The notes under the pieces: model-generated
Seen by the model: only the letters and a program-made list of their open reading frames with translations
The model's database searches: none
Told to the model about the DNA's origin: nothing
Program-made: the position numbers and the translations under genes
Shown: piece after piece, positions 8,401 through 16,433 of the stretch
Numbering within the stretch: the first letter of the stretch is position 1
Layout: each line of letters starts with the position of its first letter
DNA from: a virus
Taxonomy: Duplodnaviria; Caudoviricetes
Length of the DNA: 24,546 nt
Strand: one strand, 5' to 3'
IMG/VR virus record: IMGVR_UViG_3300007541_000209
Location: 1-24,546 of that record

Positions 8401-11151
8401 ACCTATTGCAATGGGTATTGCATTTGCTAATAAGAAAAAAGCACCCGCTTGAATAGCGGAAGACGCAATAGATCCTGCAATAATAGCCGCTCTTAGTGCA
8501 ACTGCACCAATAGCGTGAGCCGCTATAATAGCACTACGCATCGCCGCACTTGCCAGCGCAGTTACTCGAGGTATAATTAAAAATAGTCTACTTATACTAC
8601 CTAACAATAATGTAGAAAATATATTTGCACCTGCAACAAAAAGCAACCGAAGAGGTACAAGTAATCCTATTCTAAATACATTACTTAATGCAGGAATTAA
8701 AAATAATTGAAGGCTTGCCGCCGCTACTTGACCTAAAACTTGACCTGCAATTCCAAATGCCGCTGAAAATATTTGTCCTCCAAGAACAACTGCTAAGAAT
8801 GTTTCACCGGAGCTTAGGCCCAATTCTCTTCCTACTTCAACACCAAGACCCGCCCCTATAAAGGAGCCTACAGTGGCACCGATACCGCCGACAAGCTGTC
8901 CAAAACCGATCACTGCCCTAGAAACAGCATCTTTCAAACGGCTAACAGGGCCCTCTAAAAGTTGAGAATTGATTGCTAGTTTTTTCTGATTTTCTCTTAT
9001 TTGGGTTATAAGCTTTTTAGTTTCACTTGATTCTAAATTATCAAGACGAATTAGTTCTTCTTGAATTTGTCTTTGCCTAACAGCATTTCCAGAGCTTGAA
9101 CTTAGTTCGCTTTGCAGTCTTAAACGTTGTCCTCTTATTGCTTCCTTTAATCCACCTAGCTCTGCTTCCAATAGTTGAGTTTGAGATTGAAGTGCTAAAA
9201 TTGGACCTTGAGCAAGCCTTCGTGTGTTTATATCTGCAAAAAGTTGTCCTAGGCTAGAAGTTAAACCGCCTAGCGGGTTAAGTAAGCTTCCTGATCCTGC
9301 TCCAGCAAATACTGTTTTTAATGTTTTTATTAAAATAGGAAGTGTAACTACAAGTGCAATTATATTGTCTGCTAAAAAGTTTAATGCCTTTTCTAAGGAT
9401 ATACTAGGAATATTTCCAATTTGTGGTGTAGCAAAACTAGAAGGAATGATTTTTGTTACTAATGAAACTACTGAAGAAATGCCATCCGCTATTGTTAATA
9501 AAACATTAGTCTGGTTTCTAAGAATTTCCTCTACAGGCCCTGAAAAACTACTTGCTCTATCAGTATCAAAATTAGCGGCAAATCCCGCGAAAAACGCACC
9601 AACGGCACCTATAAAACCTGTTGCTATTTTAGCACCTAATCCCGCGCTTAGACCTCCTGCGGCAACTAATGCGGCAAACCCCGTTAAAAACGCACCTGCT
9701 AATAAAATAGCCGCATTATCTATGATTTGTGCCGAAATTGTATTAAGAACAATTTTAGTTTTTACTTTTATTGTTCTTATAGTTTTTTGTAAATTTCCAA
9801 AAATAGCTGAAAAGGCAGATTCCTTTTGGACTTCTTCTCCAAGACCCTTAAACTCCTTTTTATATGAATTTACAAATTTATTTACTTGTAATAAGGCGCT
9901 ATCTAGTTTTTTAGTTTCGTCTACTACCCCGTCTACCATATCTGGGTATATAGAATTTCCTACAATTTCGATATAAAGGTCTTGAAAGACCTTAGTAAAC
10001 CCTGTTGCCCAGTTTTTTACTTCCCGAGTACTGTTTATTAGTTTTCTAGTTGTATTATTAATACCATCTACTAATTTATTAAATTTATCAAGTGCTTTAT
10101 TTCCTGCATCAGAAAAAATGTTATCAAAATTTAACCTAAATAAAAGAAACTCAGTTTGTAAAACCCTTAGCTGAACGGCTAAGCCTTTTAAAAAATCTCC
10201 AAACTTTTTACCAAAAGAATCTACAAATTTACTTAGACCCCCGGTAGATAGAACATCCCCAATAGCATTAAGACCAATACCGATTTCTCTACCAGCATTA
10301 GAAATACTTTCTTTCAAACTTACTGCTAGCAATGAAAACTCATTGTCAATAGAGTCTTTTGTATTAACTAGTGCTCTTTGTACTACGCTTGTGCTAATTC
10401 TACCTTGAGCCGCTAATTCTCTTAATTTTCCAATTCCTACGCCAAGCTCATCAGCAATTGCTTTTGCAACTCTTGGTAAACCTTCTAGTACTGAATTAAG
10501 TTCTTCACCTCGAAGAGTACCCGAGGCTAAACCTTGGTTTAACTGAATTATTGAAGAGTTGATAGTGTCAACAGAACCACCACCGATTTTGCTAGCCTTC
10601 AATAGGGTTTCTGTAAGTTCGACTGCTTCTTTATTAGATAAATTGGTATTTAGAGCTAAATTGGAAAACAGGTTTACTGTAGAATCTAATGTACTATTAG
10701 ATCTACGAGCAACAGAAAATAATTTGCTTTGAACCGCTGATAACTGACTAGTTCTGCCAGTTACTAGCGCAATTCTATTACCTAGCTCAGTAAACTGTGA
10801 GCTGATGCTAGTTATTCCACCTGCCGCTAGTAAACCTGTAAAAGCAACACTAGTTACTTTTATAAAATTTGTAATACCTTTTGTGGCGGCATCTACCGAT
10901 TTTGTAGTTTTATCTACAGATGCGTTTAACGTTCCTAAGTCTCTTCCAATTTGAGTAGAAAATCTTGAAATCTCGCGATTTTGCTCTTTAACAGATTTTT
11001 CTAATCCTGAAAAAGAGTTAGAAAAGGCATTCTTTAGTTGACTATCAGCACGTTTAGCACTTTCGGGAAGTTGGTCAATCGCATTCAGAATTTTCTTAAG
11101 GTTGGCTTCCGCTTGTTTAGAATTACTACGGATTTCAATTTCTAAAGCCAT
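5482..11151 (-). CDS. Tail tape measure protein, 1889 aa
   Basis: N-terminal tape-measure domain (QLNQGLASGTLRGEELNSVLE), long Ala/Gly/Leu helical composition, hydrophobic stretches, GSAIYDG repeats at 18-aa spacing, position after the chaperones, RBS AGGAG. Confidence 0.95.
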   Translation of the reverse strand: MALEIEIRSNSKQAEANLKKILNAIDQLPESAKRADSQLKNAFSNSFSGLEKSVKEQNREISRFSTQIGRDLGTLNASVDKTTKSVDAATKGITNFIKVTSVAFTGLLAAGGITSISSQFTELGNRIALVTGRTSQLSAVQSKLFSVARRSNSTLDSTVNLFSNLALNTNLSNKEAVELTETLLKASKIGGGSVDTINSSIIQLNQGLASGTLRGEELNSVLEGLPRVAKAIADELGVGIGKLRELAAQGRISTSVVQRALVNTKDSIDNEFSLLAVSLKESISNAGREIGIGLNAIGDVLSTGGLSKFVDSFGKKFGDFLKGLAVQLRVLQTEFLLFRLNFDNIFSDAGNKALDKFNKLVDGINNTTRKLINSTREVKNWATGFTKVFQDLYIEIVGNSIYPDMVDGVVDETKKLDSALLQVNKFVNSYKKEFKGLGEEVQKESAFSAIFGNLQKTIRTIKVKTKIVLNTISAQIIDNAAILLAGAFLTGFAALVAAGGLSAGLGAKIATGFIGAVGAFFAGFAANFDTDRASSFSGPVEEILRNQTNVLLTIADGISSVVSLVTKIIPSSFATPQIGNIPSISLEKALNFLADNIIALVVTLPILIKTLKTVFAGAGSGSLLNPLGGLTSSLGQLFADINTRRLAQGPILALQSQTQLLEAELGGLKEAIRGQRLRLQSELSSSSGNAVRQRQIQEELIRLDNLESSETKKLITQIRENQKKLAINSQLLEGPVSRLKDAVSRAVIGFGQLVGGIGATVGSFIGAGLGVEVGRELGLSSGETFLAVVLGGQIFSAAFGIAGQVLGQVAAASLQLFLIPALSNVFRIGLLVPLRLLFVAGANIFSTLLLGSISRLFLIIPRVTALASAAMRSAIIAAHAIGAVALRAAIIAGSIASSAIQAGAFFLLANAIPIAIGAAVTALLTYAFSDDSIFAKAGQALGSAIYDGVQWVKQLGTDIGSAIYDGFTWIADVGEQIGEAIGDTISKLNPLNWGWFRSDTSSDTSPVKKASGGSVWGAGTGTSDSIPAMLSNGEFVVKESSAKNNRGLLEHLNNTGQLPGYANGGLVGALKGKASGAKEEAMILASLLKENFEATAALRPSSVLDNFLSFAGPSSLKRAGALLGLTARTGGDKEGLLKALNVKYDENKALAGLGFDISQLALMAQFGKFPRDYYHPIMSNAISNLAVQAGLFGAIGTLLAPFGLAVGPALGAIATVERLTQLSAGDSKVKARLEGTGKNTLSSAFANGDYEYLTKAIGFLGELSAPLVDAVITKPLGNLFLDDIMEKFAKFVGYTGKEQSLALLGSFLNADSSIVGKGYRKINDNSESFLLNNPEMKFVYDFISGYASGGSVFGPGTATSDSIPAMLSNGEFVVKASVANQHRSALEQLNMTGKLPRFSSGGSVGSSSSVGSSVATGLTAIFETLSKTLKELLGEENFEKLTGVLNSFKELISKGLAGFGGSAEPSANANITNIEQFASVIKGLDLGVNLDGEKLLSTLEKDANLTQRLLRLNQSRAKVQKEILAAGDSASLELTNQLAVLNSDIVRELGEIVILTEELIDNGKQQIAAIDELAKNSLQSFKGDVQGGLTGLLKGDIGLEEFGKGILDSFTDNVLGTVAGGITEGIFNTEDGELSGFGATLENLFTDLGLGGFGIGEVVGATLSGGIELGASAANPMFVKIVEAFDSFNPGGDVNEFGIGPGADVGLSDEELDDLGIGNVGEMMGGTPTEEAGEKAAGPFGTIFEKFTGKISGIFDGLTGNLGGIFDGLLGGLSGAFDGLMSLFSGGGGGGGLGGLLSSFAGFFNDGGLVPGGGPKPAIVHGGEMILNSRQQSNLFGQLDKNMQSNSQQQSISINVNGDISRQTKKEIFTMLPQIANGVNQYNVEKNNF
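6937..8124 (-). repeat. Two copies of a 59-aa module in the tape measure (7948-8124 and 6937-7113)
   Basis: ASGGSVWGAGTGTSDSIPAMLSNGEFVVK...LEHLNNTGQLPGYANGGLVG versus ASGGSVFGPGTATSDSIPAMLSNGEFVVK...LEQLNMTGKLPRFSSGGSVG. Confidence 0.9.
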
Positions 11152-11166
11152 CTTTAATTCTCCTGT

Positions 11167-11216
11167 AAAAAAACCCCTAAGGCTTTGAGTTCGTATACCG
11201 AACGCACCATAGGGGC
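11167..11216 (-). terminator. Intrinsic terminator-like hairpin directly before the tape measure RBS
   Basis: Minus strand GCCCCTA-TGGTGC-GTTCG-GTATA-CGAAC-TCAAAGCCT-TAGGGGT-TTTTTT: outer GC-rich stem, inner 5-bp hairpin, run of 7 T. Confidence 0.7.
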
Positions 11217-11222
11217 TTTAAA

Positions 11223-11621
11223 TTATTTAACTGTTACAAAGGTTCCACCTGAAGTAGAAAAATATTTGGCTAAGGTTTTTTCTACGAAACGGGGAGGGGC
11301 TTGCTGAGAAGACCCCGCATTTAATTGTTGAATATAAGGCGTACCGTTTGTGATGTATAGTGTTTCAATGACATCGTTCGGTATTGGACCTAATGTTACT
11401 GGTAACGAATTCCCGTTACTTTCGGTGTCAACTAAGTTTTTAGTTTTGTTTAATGACCACGAACCTCGTGCTCGTCCCGTATCTACAGGGGTTTCATTAA
11501 CTAAGTCACTTACAGCCGCAAAAGCAGAAGCTCTTTGAACAGTATTTAACACCTGTATAACTTCTTTGTTAATAGCTTCTCTAGTTTCTTTAGCTCCGCT
11601 AAGTCTAACTGAAATAGACAT
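11223..11621 (-). CDS. HK97 gp10-like neck / tail completion protein, 132 aa
   Basis: Family motifs TPVDTGRARGSW and ITNGTPYIQQLNAGSSQQAP. Confidence 0.8.
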   Translation of the reverse strand: MSISVRLSGAKETREAINKEVIQVLNTVQRASAFAAVSDLVNETPVDTGRARGSWSLNKTKNLVDTESNGNSLPVTLGPIPNDVIETLYITNGTPYIQQLNAGSSQQAPPRFVEKTLAKYFSTSGGTFVTVK

Positions 11622-11623
11622 AG

Positions 11624-11956
11624 TTATTTTTCCTTACTTTTGTGTGCTTTTTCTAATAGTGCTGCAAAAGGAGAACGCCTAAAGCTTTGTTTCATTGCTT
11701 CTTCGTCTGATCGTTTTGCATCCCAATCTTTTATTTGTCTTAAAGTAGGGAATATTTCTGGCCCTGTTTTCTTTACCCCTTGAGCACCTAGTAGCATTGA
11801 AGTTCTATTGTCTTCTCGCCATCCTATAGGACGTGCTTCTAGGTATAAAGCCCAATTATTTAATTCTTGAGCTGGCATTTCTGCTAATATTTGATAAACT
11901 GGAATTTTTAAGTGAAATGCAAGTTCATATAAAAACAAATCTGCTGAACTTATACG
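11624..11956 (-). CDS. Frameshifted C-terminal extension of the tail assembly chaperone (gpT-like); fusion product ~209 aa
   Basis: No good independent start (the ORF track uses a TTG without an RBS). In the -1 frame from GGGAAAC it reads RISSADLFLYELAFHLKIPVYQILAEMPAQELNNWALY, a gpT-like pattern. Confidence 0.85.
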   Translation of the reverse strand, partial: RISSADLFLYELAFHLKIPVYQILAEMPAQELNNWALYLEARPIGWREDNRTSMLLGAQGVKKTGPEIFPTLRQIKDWDAKRSDEEAMKQSFRRSPFAALLEKAHKSKEK

Positions 11957-12252
11957 TTTCCCGATTCACTGCTAACACCCATGATTGCTTGAGATAGCGC
12001 TGTAAGCTCTGAAATGGGAAAACTATCTAGTTCTTCATCGGTTAATTCTTCAGCTCCGATAACCGCCATTCTAATTACTTTACGAAGAAGATCAAGGTTG
12101 TCTCTTTTTTCTTCTGGTAGCTTGTTCAACTTTTTAGTCATGTCTTCAATTTCACGAGCCGCACCAACAGTTAATACCTTAATTTCAACTTCTTCACCCA
12201 TAAAGGGTACTTTTTTTGTAAATTGTTTTCCTAAAAATTCTTTCATTTTCAT
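11950..12252 (-). CDS. Tail assembly chaperone (gpG-like), ~100 aa; start revised to ATG 12252
   Basis: AAGG RBS upstream of ATG 12252 (MKMKEFLGK...). Acidic helical protein between tail tube and tape measure that ends at a slippery site. Confidence 0.85.
   Translation of the reverse strand: MKMKEFLGKQFTKKVPFMGEEVEIKVLTVGAAREIEDMTKKLNKLPEEKRDNLDLLRKVIRMAVIGAEELTDEELDSFPISELTALSQAIMGVSSESGNV
11956..11962 (-). other. Programmed -1 ribosomal frameshift heptamer G GGA AAC
   Basis: Minus strand TCG GGA AAC GTA TAA gives an X XXY YYZ heptamer in the correct phase. A -1 slip enters the 11624-11938 ORF with no intervening stop. Confidence 0.9.
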
Positions 12253-12265
12253 TATTAACCTTATC

Positions 12266-12511
12266 TTATTTATCAAACAAATGTTGATTGTTATCTTGGA
12301 AATCATCTAGAAGTTTATGCATTTTATTAAGAACATCTAGAGTTTCAAAAATTTCCTGTCTTTTAATACCATCTTCAGTATTTTGTGTATCATTAAAATC
12401 TTTGTATGGATCAAAAGTTTTACGTGAACTAAAATCAATATCTTTTTTCATATTTCTTAAAGTAGTTTGTAATACAAAAGATTTATCAAATGGTGGTTTC
12501 TTTTCTGTCAT
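12266..12511 (-). CDS. Hypothetical protein, ~81 aa (start revised to ATG 12511, MTEKKPPF...)
   Basis: AGGA RBS upstream of ATG 12511. Fills the gap between tail tube and chaperone. Predicted helical; no recognisable motif. Confidence 0.75.
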   Translation of the reverse strand: MTEKKPPFDKSFVLQTTLRNMKKDIDFSSRKTFDPYKDFNDTQNTEDGIKRQEIFETLDVLNKMHKLLDDFQDNNQHLFDK

Positions 12512-12526
12512 TTTATTATCCTGTAT

Positions 12527-12556
12527 AAAATATCGAGAGGGCAAAGCGCCCCCTCG
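12527..12556 (-). terminator. Terminator-like hairpin after the tail tube gene
   Basis: Minus strand CGAGGGGGC-GCTTT-GCCCTCTCG-ATATTTT: 9-bp stem with one G-U pair and an imperfect U tract. Confidence 0.6.
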
Positions 12557-12566
12557 TTATCTCTAT

Positions 12567-13178
12567 TTACGCAGGTAGAGCGTAAGTAGAAGTGCTTACA
12601 TCAGCTTCTAGGCTGAATGGACCATTAAAGTCACCTTCAATAGCCAAAGACATAGTAGCTTGAAGTGAATCACTCAGCGAAGGAATTACTTCAAATGAAG
12701 CAATTTTGCCAAAGAAGTAAAAGTCAGCAAACTTATCTGCATTATCTGCAGTCATAGTGCCGTTAGCGTCTACTGCGATGTCAGCATCTGCAATACGAAC
12801 ACGGAAGCAAAGACGAGTTGCATTGCGTCGTAGAACGTCAATCTGAGCGTGATCAGCAGGAACGTAGTTCAGAGTGAACTCCAAAGTAGGAGCGTCAGAT
12901 TGACCAACTACTTGTGAGCTAGATGCTTGACCGTAAACAGGGACGTTAACGATGTTAGCGGGAGTACCCAAAGTAGGAAACTCACGAATGTCACCAACAT
13001 GAACTACTGCGGCTTCTACTGTTTCATCAGTAGCACTGTTAGTAGCAAGGATCGTTGCGCTGTTAGATACAAAAAGACCATGCAAAGTAGCCGCACTGCT
13101 ATTTGCATCGTTTGCAGTGTTAGGTACGTAGTCCAAAGTAGTGAACTTGGCCGCACCAATAGAAGTAATATGAGCCAT
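12567..13178 (-). CDS. Major tail tube protein, 203 aa
   Basis: VGDIREFPTLGTPANIVNVPVYG...GQSDAPTLEFTLNYVP...FYFFGKIASF is typical of siphophage tube proteins. Expected position; GAGG RBS. Confidence 0.9.
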   Translation of the reverse strand: MAHITSIGAAKFTTLDYVPNTANDANSSAATLHGLFVSNSATILATNSATDETVEAAVVHVGDIREFPTLGTPANIVNVPVYGQASSSQVVGQSDAPTLEFTLNYVPADHAQIDVLRRNATRLCFRVRIADADIAVDANGTMTADNADKFADFYFFGKIASFEVIPSLSDSLQATMSLAIEGDFNGPFSLEADVSTSTYALPA

Positions 13179-13198
13179 TTTTTAACCTCATTAATAAA

Positions 13199-13594
13199 TT
13201 AATTGTAAAATAAGAAATCTACAATATAATCACCTCGGAATAATTCAGGGTTATCCCTGTCAATTCCTAAAACCTGTAGCGAACTCGAACGAGTTTGAGT
13301 ACCGTTCGTTAGTGTTTTATTTTGTAGAATATTGTCTAGTAAATCTGCTATTTCCATTAGGCGTTTTACGCCCTTATTCGCTTGAACATAAATTTGTATA
13401 AAAATTTTACCTTCTATTCCAAACCTGTTATAGTCGCTATTGCTACGCAAGGGTAGCACCTCAATTTTAACAAACTCAGAAGTATTAGCAGGTACTGCAT
13501 AGTTTGAAGGAAACGCAGGTATGTTGTTAGCTGTCCATGTTGAATTGCCAAAAGGACTTTCAACATCAAACAGTATATTTTCATACTTTGACAT
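13199..13594 (-). CDS. Putative tail terminator / tail completion protein, 131 aa
   Basis: Directly upstream of the tail tube. GKIFIQIYV...G...EIADLL pattern and size fit tail terminators. Confidence 0.7.
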   Translation of the reverse strand: MSKYENILFDVESPFGNSTWTANNIPAFPSNYAVPANTSEFVKIEVLPLRSNSDYNRFGIEGKIFIQIYVQANKGVKRLMEIADLLDNILQNKTLTNGTQTRSSSLQVLGIDRDNPELFRGDYIVDFLFYN

Positions 13595-13945
13595 TTAAGC
13601 CTCCGTAACTAGTAAAGTTACTAATCCGGGTTCTACTTTATAGGATAGTATAGAATGTGTTTTATCGTTTATAAGTACTGTGTCAAACAGCTTAGGGTCT
13701 GGTAATTCTGTTTCTTTAATTAAAACCTCTTTCCGAGGAGATAAAACTTCTGCAGTAGTAGGATCTTGATCTGCGTATAGTATTATAGCTCGCACTGTAC
13801 TTTCTGTAATTTGTGCGTTTACTGTACCTGTAGAAAAATCATAAGAACTTGAAGAAGTAGTTTTTAGAATTACATTTTCCGCTAAGTCACCAACTGCCTT
13901 AAAAGCAGTATCTACAGCCTTAGCAATCGTTCCACGAAGTGACAT
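13595..13945 (-). CDS. Putative head closure (stopper) protein, ~116 aa (start revised to ATG 13945)
   Basis: Position after the adaptor, YDFSTG hairpin motif, beta-rich. GAGGGTGG RBS before ATG 13945. Confidence 0.65.
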   Translation of the reverse strand: MSLRGTIAKAVDTAFKAVGDLAENVILKTTSSSSYDFSTGTVNAQITESTVRAIILYADQDPTTAEVLSPRKEVLIKETELPDPKLFDTVLINDKTHSILSYKVEPGLVTLLVTEA

Positions 13946-13947
13946 AA

Positions 13948-14463
13948 TTACCACCCTCGCCAGTAACGAGTTCCACCGTTTATTAACATCGGAGACACTA
14001 TCTTTTTAATAGTATTAGGAAATACCGATGCAGTAGTAACTTTTGTTAAACTAATAGAACCTACTTTAATATCCTGTACGTCACCTGTTCTGTCTAAAAG
14101 CCCTTCATTTGAAAGCAAATGATGAGCAAGTTCATAAGTAGCACGTCTTAAGAGACGCAAATCCCGATCTAACTCGGTTTCTACTTCATCCGTAGTGACA
14201 AAAGTATAAGAGGAAAAGTTAGCACTAGAGCCTCGGCTGGAATCTCTGAAAGATCCAGCACGAGGGAAAGCCAAGTTTTGATCTGCGGTTACTGTTTGCC
14301 CTTGCCAACGCAATTCATCCAGTATATAAGTTGCAGTAACCAATGCTTGTTCTTTCATATCTCTAGTTGCATTTAACCATGAGTTAACGTCCAAGCGATC
14401 ATCGAAGTAACTGTCGGCTTCGTTTAGAGTTACGTAAGAATTAACACCTTTTATAAATGCCAT
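13948..14463 (-). CDS. Putative head-tail adaptor (often annotated DnaT-like), 171 aa
   Basis: NSYVTLNEADSYF...KEQALVTAT...WQG...QNLAFPR motif, immediately after the capsid gene, AAGGAG RBS. Confidence 0.8.
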   Translation of the reverse strand: MAFIKGVNSYVTLNEADSYFDDRLDVNSWLNATRDMKEQALVTATYILDELRWQGQTVTADQNLAFPRAGSFRDSSRGSSANFSSYTFVTTDEVETELDRDLRLLRRATYELAHHLLSNEGLLDRTGDVQDIKVGSISLTKVTTASVFPNTIKKIVSPMLINGGTRYWRGW

Positions 14464-14483
14464 TTCAGTTACTCCTTAGATAA

Positions 14484-15671
14484 TTAAGCGTGGAAAATAG
14501 GCAGAATGCCGAGGTTAAGAATGTCTGCTTTACGATCCCATGCAGGGGTTCCCGCAGAGCCTGCAAGTGCCGCATTAGTTGCAAATGCAGTTTGAGTGCC
14601 AGTAAAGCTGTAGCCGCGAGGATGCATTACATAGCCCCAACGGTACCAAGCAGTAGTACGGCCTGATCCCATGCCTACGCCTTCGTTGCGGTCAACCGCT
14701 ACAGGGTTAGGTACACTAACCATAGACATAAACATTGAAGAAGGAAGCATCATGTAAGATACTTTAGCAGTGCTAATTTCAGTTGAACCAGACAGAGCCG
14801 CGTAAGTTACAGTACCAAGGCCTTGGCCAAAGTTACGAGAAACAATTACACGAATTACACCGCCAAGCAGAGTTTCAAAAGAGATATTGCCATCTGTTAC
14901 ACGCTCGTCATCTACGAGGTTAGCAACTTTGATATCGAGGTAGGTATCGGGTGATACAACCATGTATACAAAATCAGGTGCGTAGTCAGACCATGCGCCC
15001 ATAGCACGAATGATGTGCTCAACGCGGCGACCGGGAGAAGACTGAGTAAGGTCTACAAGAGGCTCAAGACCTGAACCAGTACCAACTGTGTCAGAAGATG
15101 CGGCTACATAACCGAAAGCTTTTGAAGGGTCTGCATCAACTGAGTTACCTACCCATGCATCACTGTAAGCAGTAGGTGCAAGATCGTTAGCTGTTTTAAG
15201 TTCTGCGTTCATAACGCCAGTCAAGCAAGCACGAAGCGCTTGATCTTCGTCTTCTGCACGAGTTTCAGCAAAATCACGAGCGATTTTAGAAAGTCCGTCT
15301 TGACCAGAAATTACGCTTTGTACCATGTACTCATTAGCGCCATGGGTACGGACAGTCTTGATGTAAGTCTGTACTTCTGTGCTAATGTTAGTGGTCTTTC
15401 CATAGTCTTCGTTTTGAGAAGCTACGTTAACAACTGCATTAGTAGAACCCGTTACGTCTTCTGCAGAACCGCCAGTTGCACCAACTGCATAATTGCCAAG
15501 TGGCTTGTAAAAACGAACCTGACCAATAAAGTCTTCGCCGTTAGCGTTAATTTGAGCTTCAGTACCTACAAGTTGAGTACCTACGAGCTTTTTAGCACGA
15601 GTGTACATTTCATCAGTATAAGCTGAGATTGCTTTGTTAAGAGTGCCAAATGCACTTGAAGAGATTGCCAT
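14484..15671 (-). CDS. Major capsid protein (HK97 fold expected), 395 aa
   Basis: Follows the scaffold gene. Size fits, C-terminal YRWGYVMHPRGYSF motif, GGAG RBS. Confidence 0.9.
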   Translation of the reverse strand: MAISSSAFGTLNKAISAYTDEMYTRAKKLVGTQLVGTEAQINANGEDFIGQVRFYKPLGNYAVGATGGSAEDVTGSTNAVVNVASQNEDYGKTTNISTEVQTYIKTVRTHGANEYMVQSVISGQDGLSKIARDFAETRAEDEDQALRACLTGVMNAELKTANDLAPTAYSDAWVGNSVDADPSKAFGYVAASSDTVGTGSGLEPLVDLTQSSPGRRVEHIIRAMGAWSDYAPDFVYMVVSPDTYLDIKVANLVDDERVTDGNISFETLLGGVIRVIVSRNFGQGLGTVTYAALSGSTEISTAKVSYMMLPSSMFMSMVSVPNPVAVDRNEGVGMGSGRTTAWYRWGYVMHPRGYSFTGTQTAFATNAALAGSAGTPAWDRKADILNLGILPIFHA

Positions 15672-15700
15672 TTTAAATGTCTCCAGAAATTATAAAGTGA

Positions 15701-16366
15701 TTAAATCCACTTATGATCGTTTCCGATATGTCCAGCAGCTGCCGCCGCCATCAATTCCTCAACGCTCATTTCAGATAGTGGTTTGTTAGAGTCAAAACCT
15801 CCGGTGGGAGCCTGATTTGTTTGTTGCCCAACTCCAGAGGACTGTTTCGGTCTAAACAAAAACTCTTTATCTTCGTCTTTACGGAAAGTGTCAATGAAGT
15901 CCTTGATAGAAGCGCCAGTGCGGTGTACCCACTGACCATTCTCATTTTGAGTCAGTTGAGATACAACATCCCGATACGCGAAATCTGCCGCAGTATCGTT
16001 ACGGAAGTCTAAGCCACGGAGAGCTTCTCTTACTACACTATCGCGAGTAAGTTCAGTAATCTGCTTATCTCTTTCTGAGAGTCGAGCAGTTAACTCTGCG
16101 AGCTTAATGTCAGCGGCTTCCTTGTGCTTGCCTTCTTCTTCTAATCTAGAGATTTGTAATGCTTTCTTTTCTTCTTCGTAAGCAACTGCCTTTCTAACAG
16201 CTTCATCACGAGCAGAATAAGCACTGTTTAGTTTCTCTTTGATACTAGCAAGCTCTTCGGCTACTCGGCTTTCTACAATTTTAGAAAGTTCTTCCTGAGA
16301 AGGGGTAGCTCCCGCCTTTTGTTCTTTCTTTTCAAGTTCTACATCAGTATTTTTATCATTTTCCAT
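15701..16366 (-). CDS. Capsid scaffolding protein, ~221 aa (start revised to ATG 16366)
   Basis: Charged coiled-coil N-terminal half, flexible linker, short C-terminal helix (KPLSEMSVEELM). Directly upstream of the capsid gene. AGGAG RBS before MENDKN. Confidence 0.85.
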   Translation of the reverse strand: MENDKNTDVELEKKEQKAGATPSQEELSKIVESRVAEELASIKEKLNSAYSARDEAVRKAVAYEEEKKALQISRLEEEGKHKEAADIKLAELTARLSERDKQITELTRDSVVREALRGLDFRNDTAADFAYRDVVSQLTQNENGQWVHRTGASIKDFIDTFRKDEDKEFLFRPKQSSGVGQQTNQAPTGGFDSNKPLSEMSVEELMAAAAAGHIGNDHKWI

Positions 16367-16377
16367 TTTGTTTCTCC

Positions 16378-16413
16378 TAGTCACAGACTATAAAGTTTTT
16401 AGAGCACAGCTCT
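16378..16413 (-). promoter_or_regulatory. Twin 5-bp hairpins with identical C-TGT-G loops upstream of the scaffold gene
   Basis: AGAGC-TGT-GCTCT (16401-16413) and TAGTC-TGT-GACTA (16378-16390). The second overlaps the first base of the AGGAG RBS. Confidence 0.55.
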
Positions 16414-16433
16414 GTTATTAATAAGAGTTTTGT

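Noticed and set aside
5738-9976. Long plus-strand ORFs (268, 102, 129, 250 aa)
   Set aside because: Antisense to the tape measure. Their Pro/Ser/Lys/Asn-rich composition mirrors its Gly/Leu/Phe codons; no RBS or motif noted.
15684-15712. TATAAT upstream of the capsid gene as a sigma70 promoter
   Set aside because: No credible -35 element, and it lies only 4 nt from the RBS, so a transcript would lose its Shine-Dalgarno sequence.
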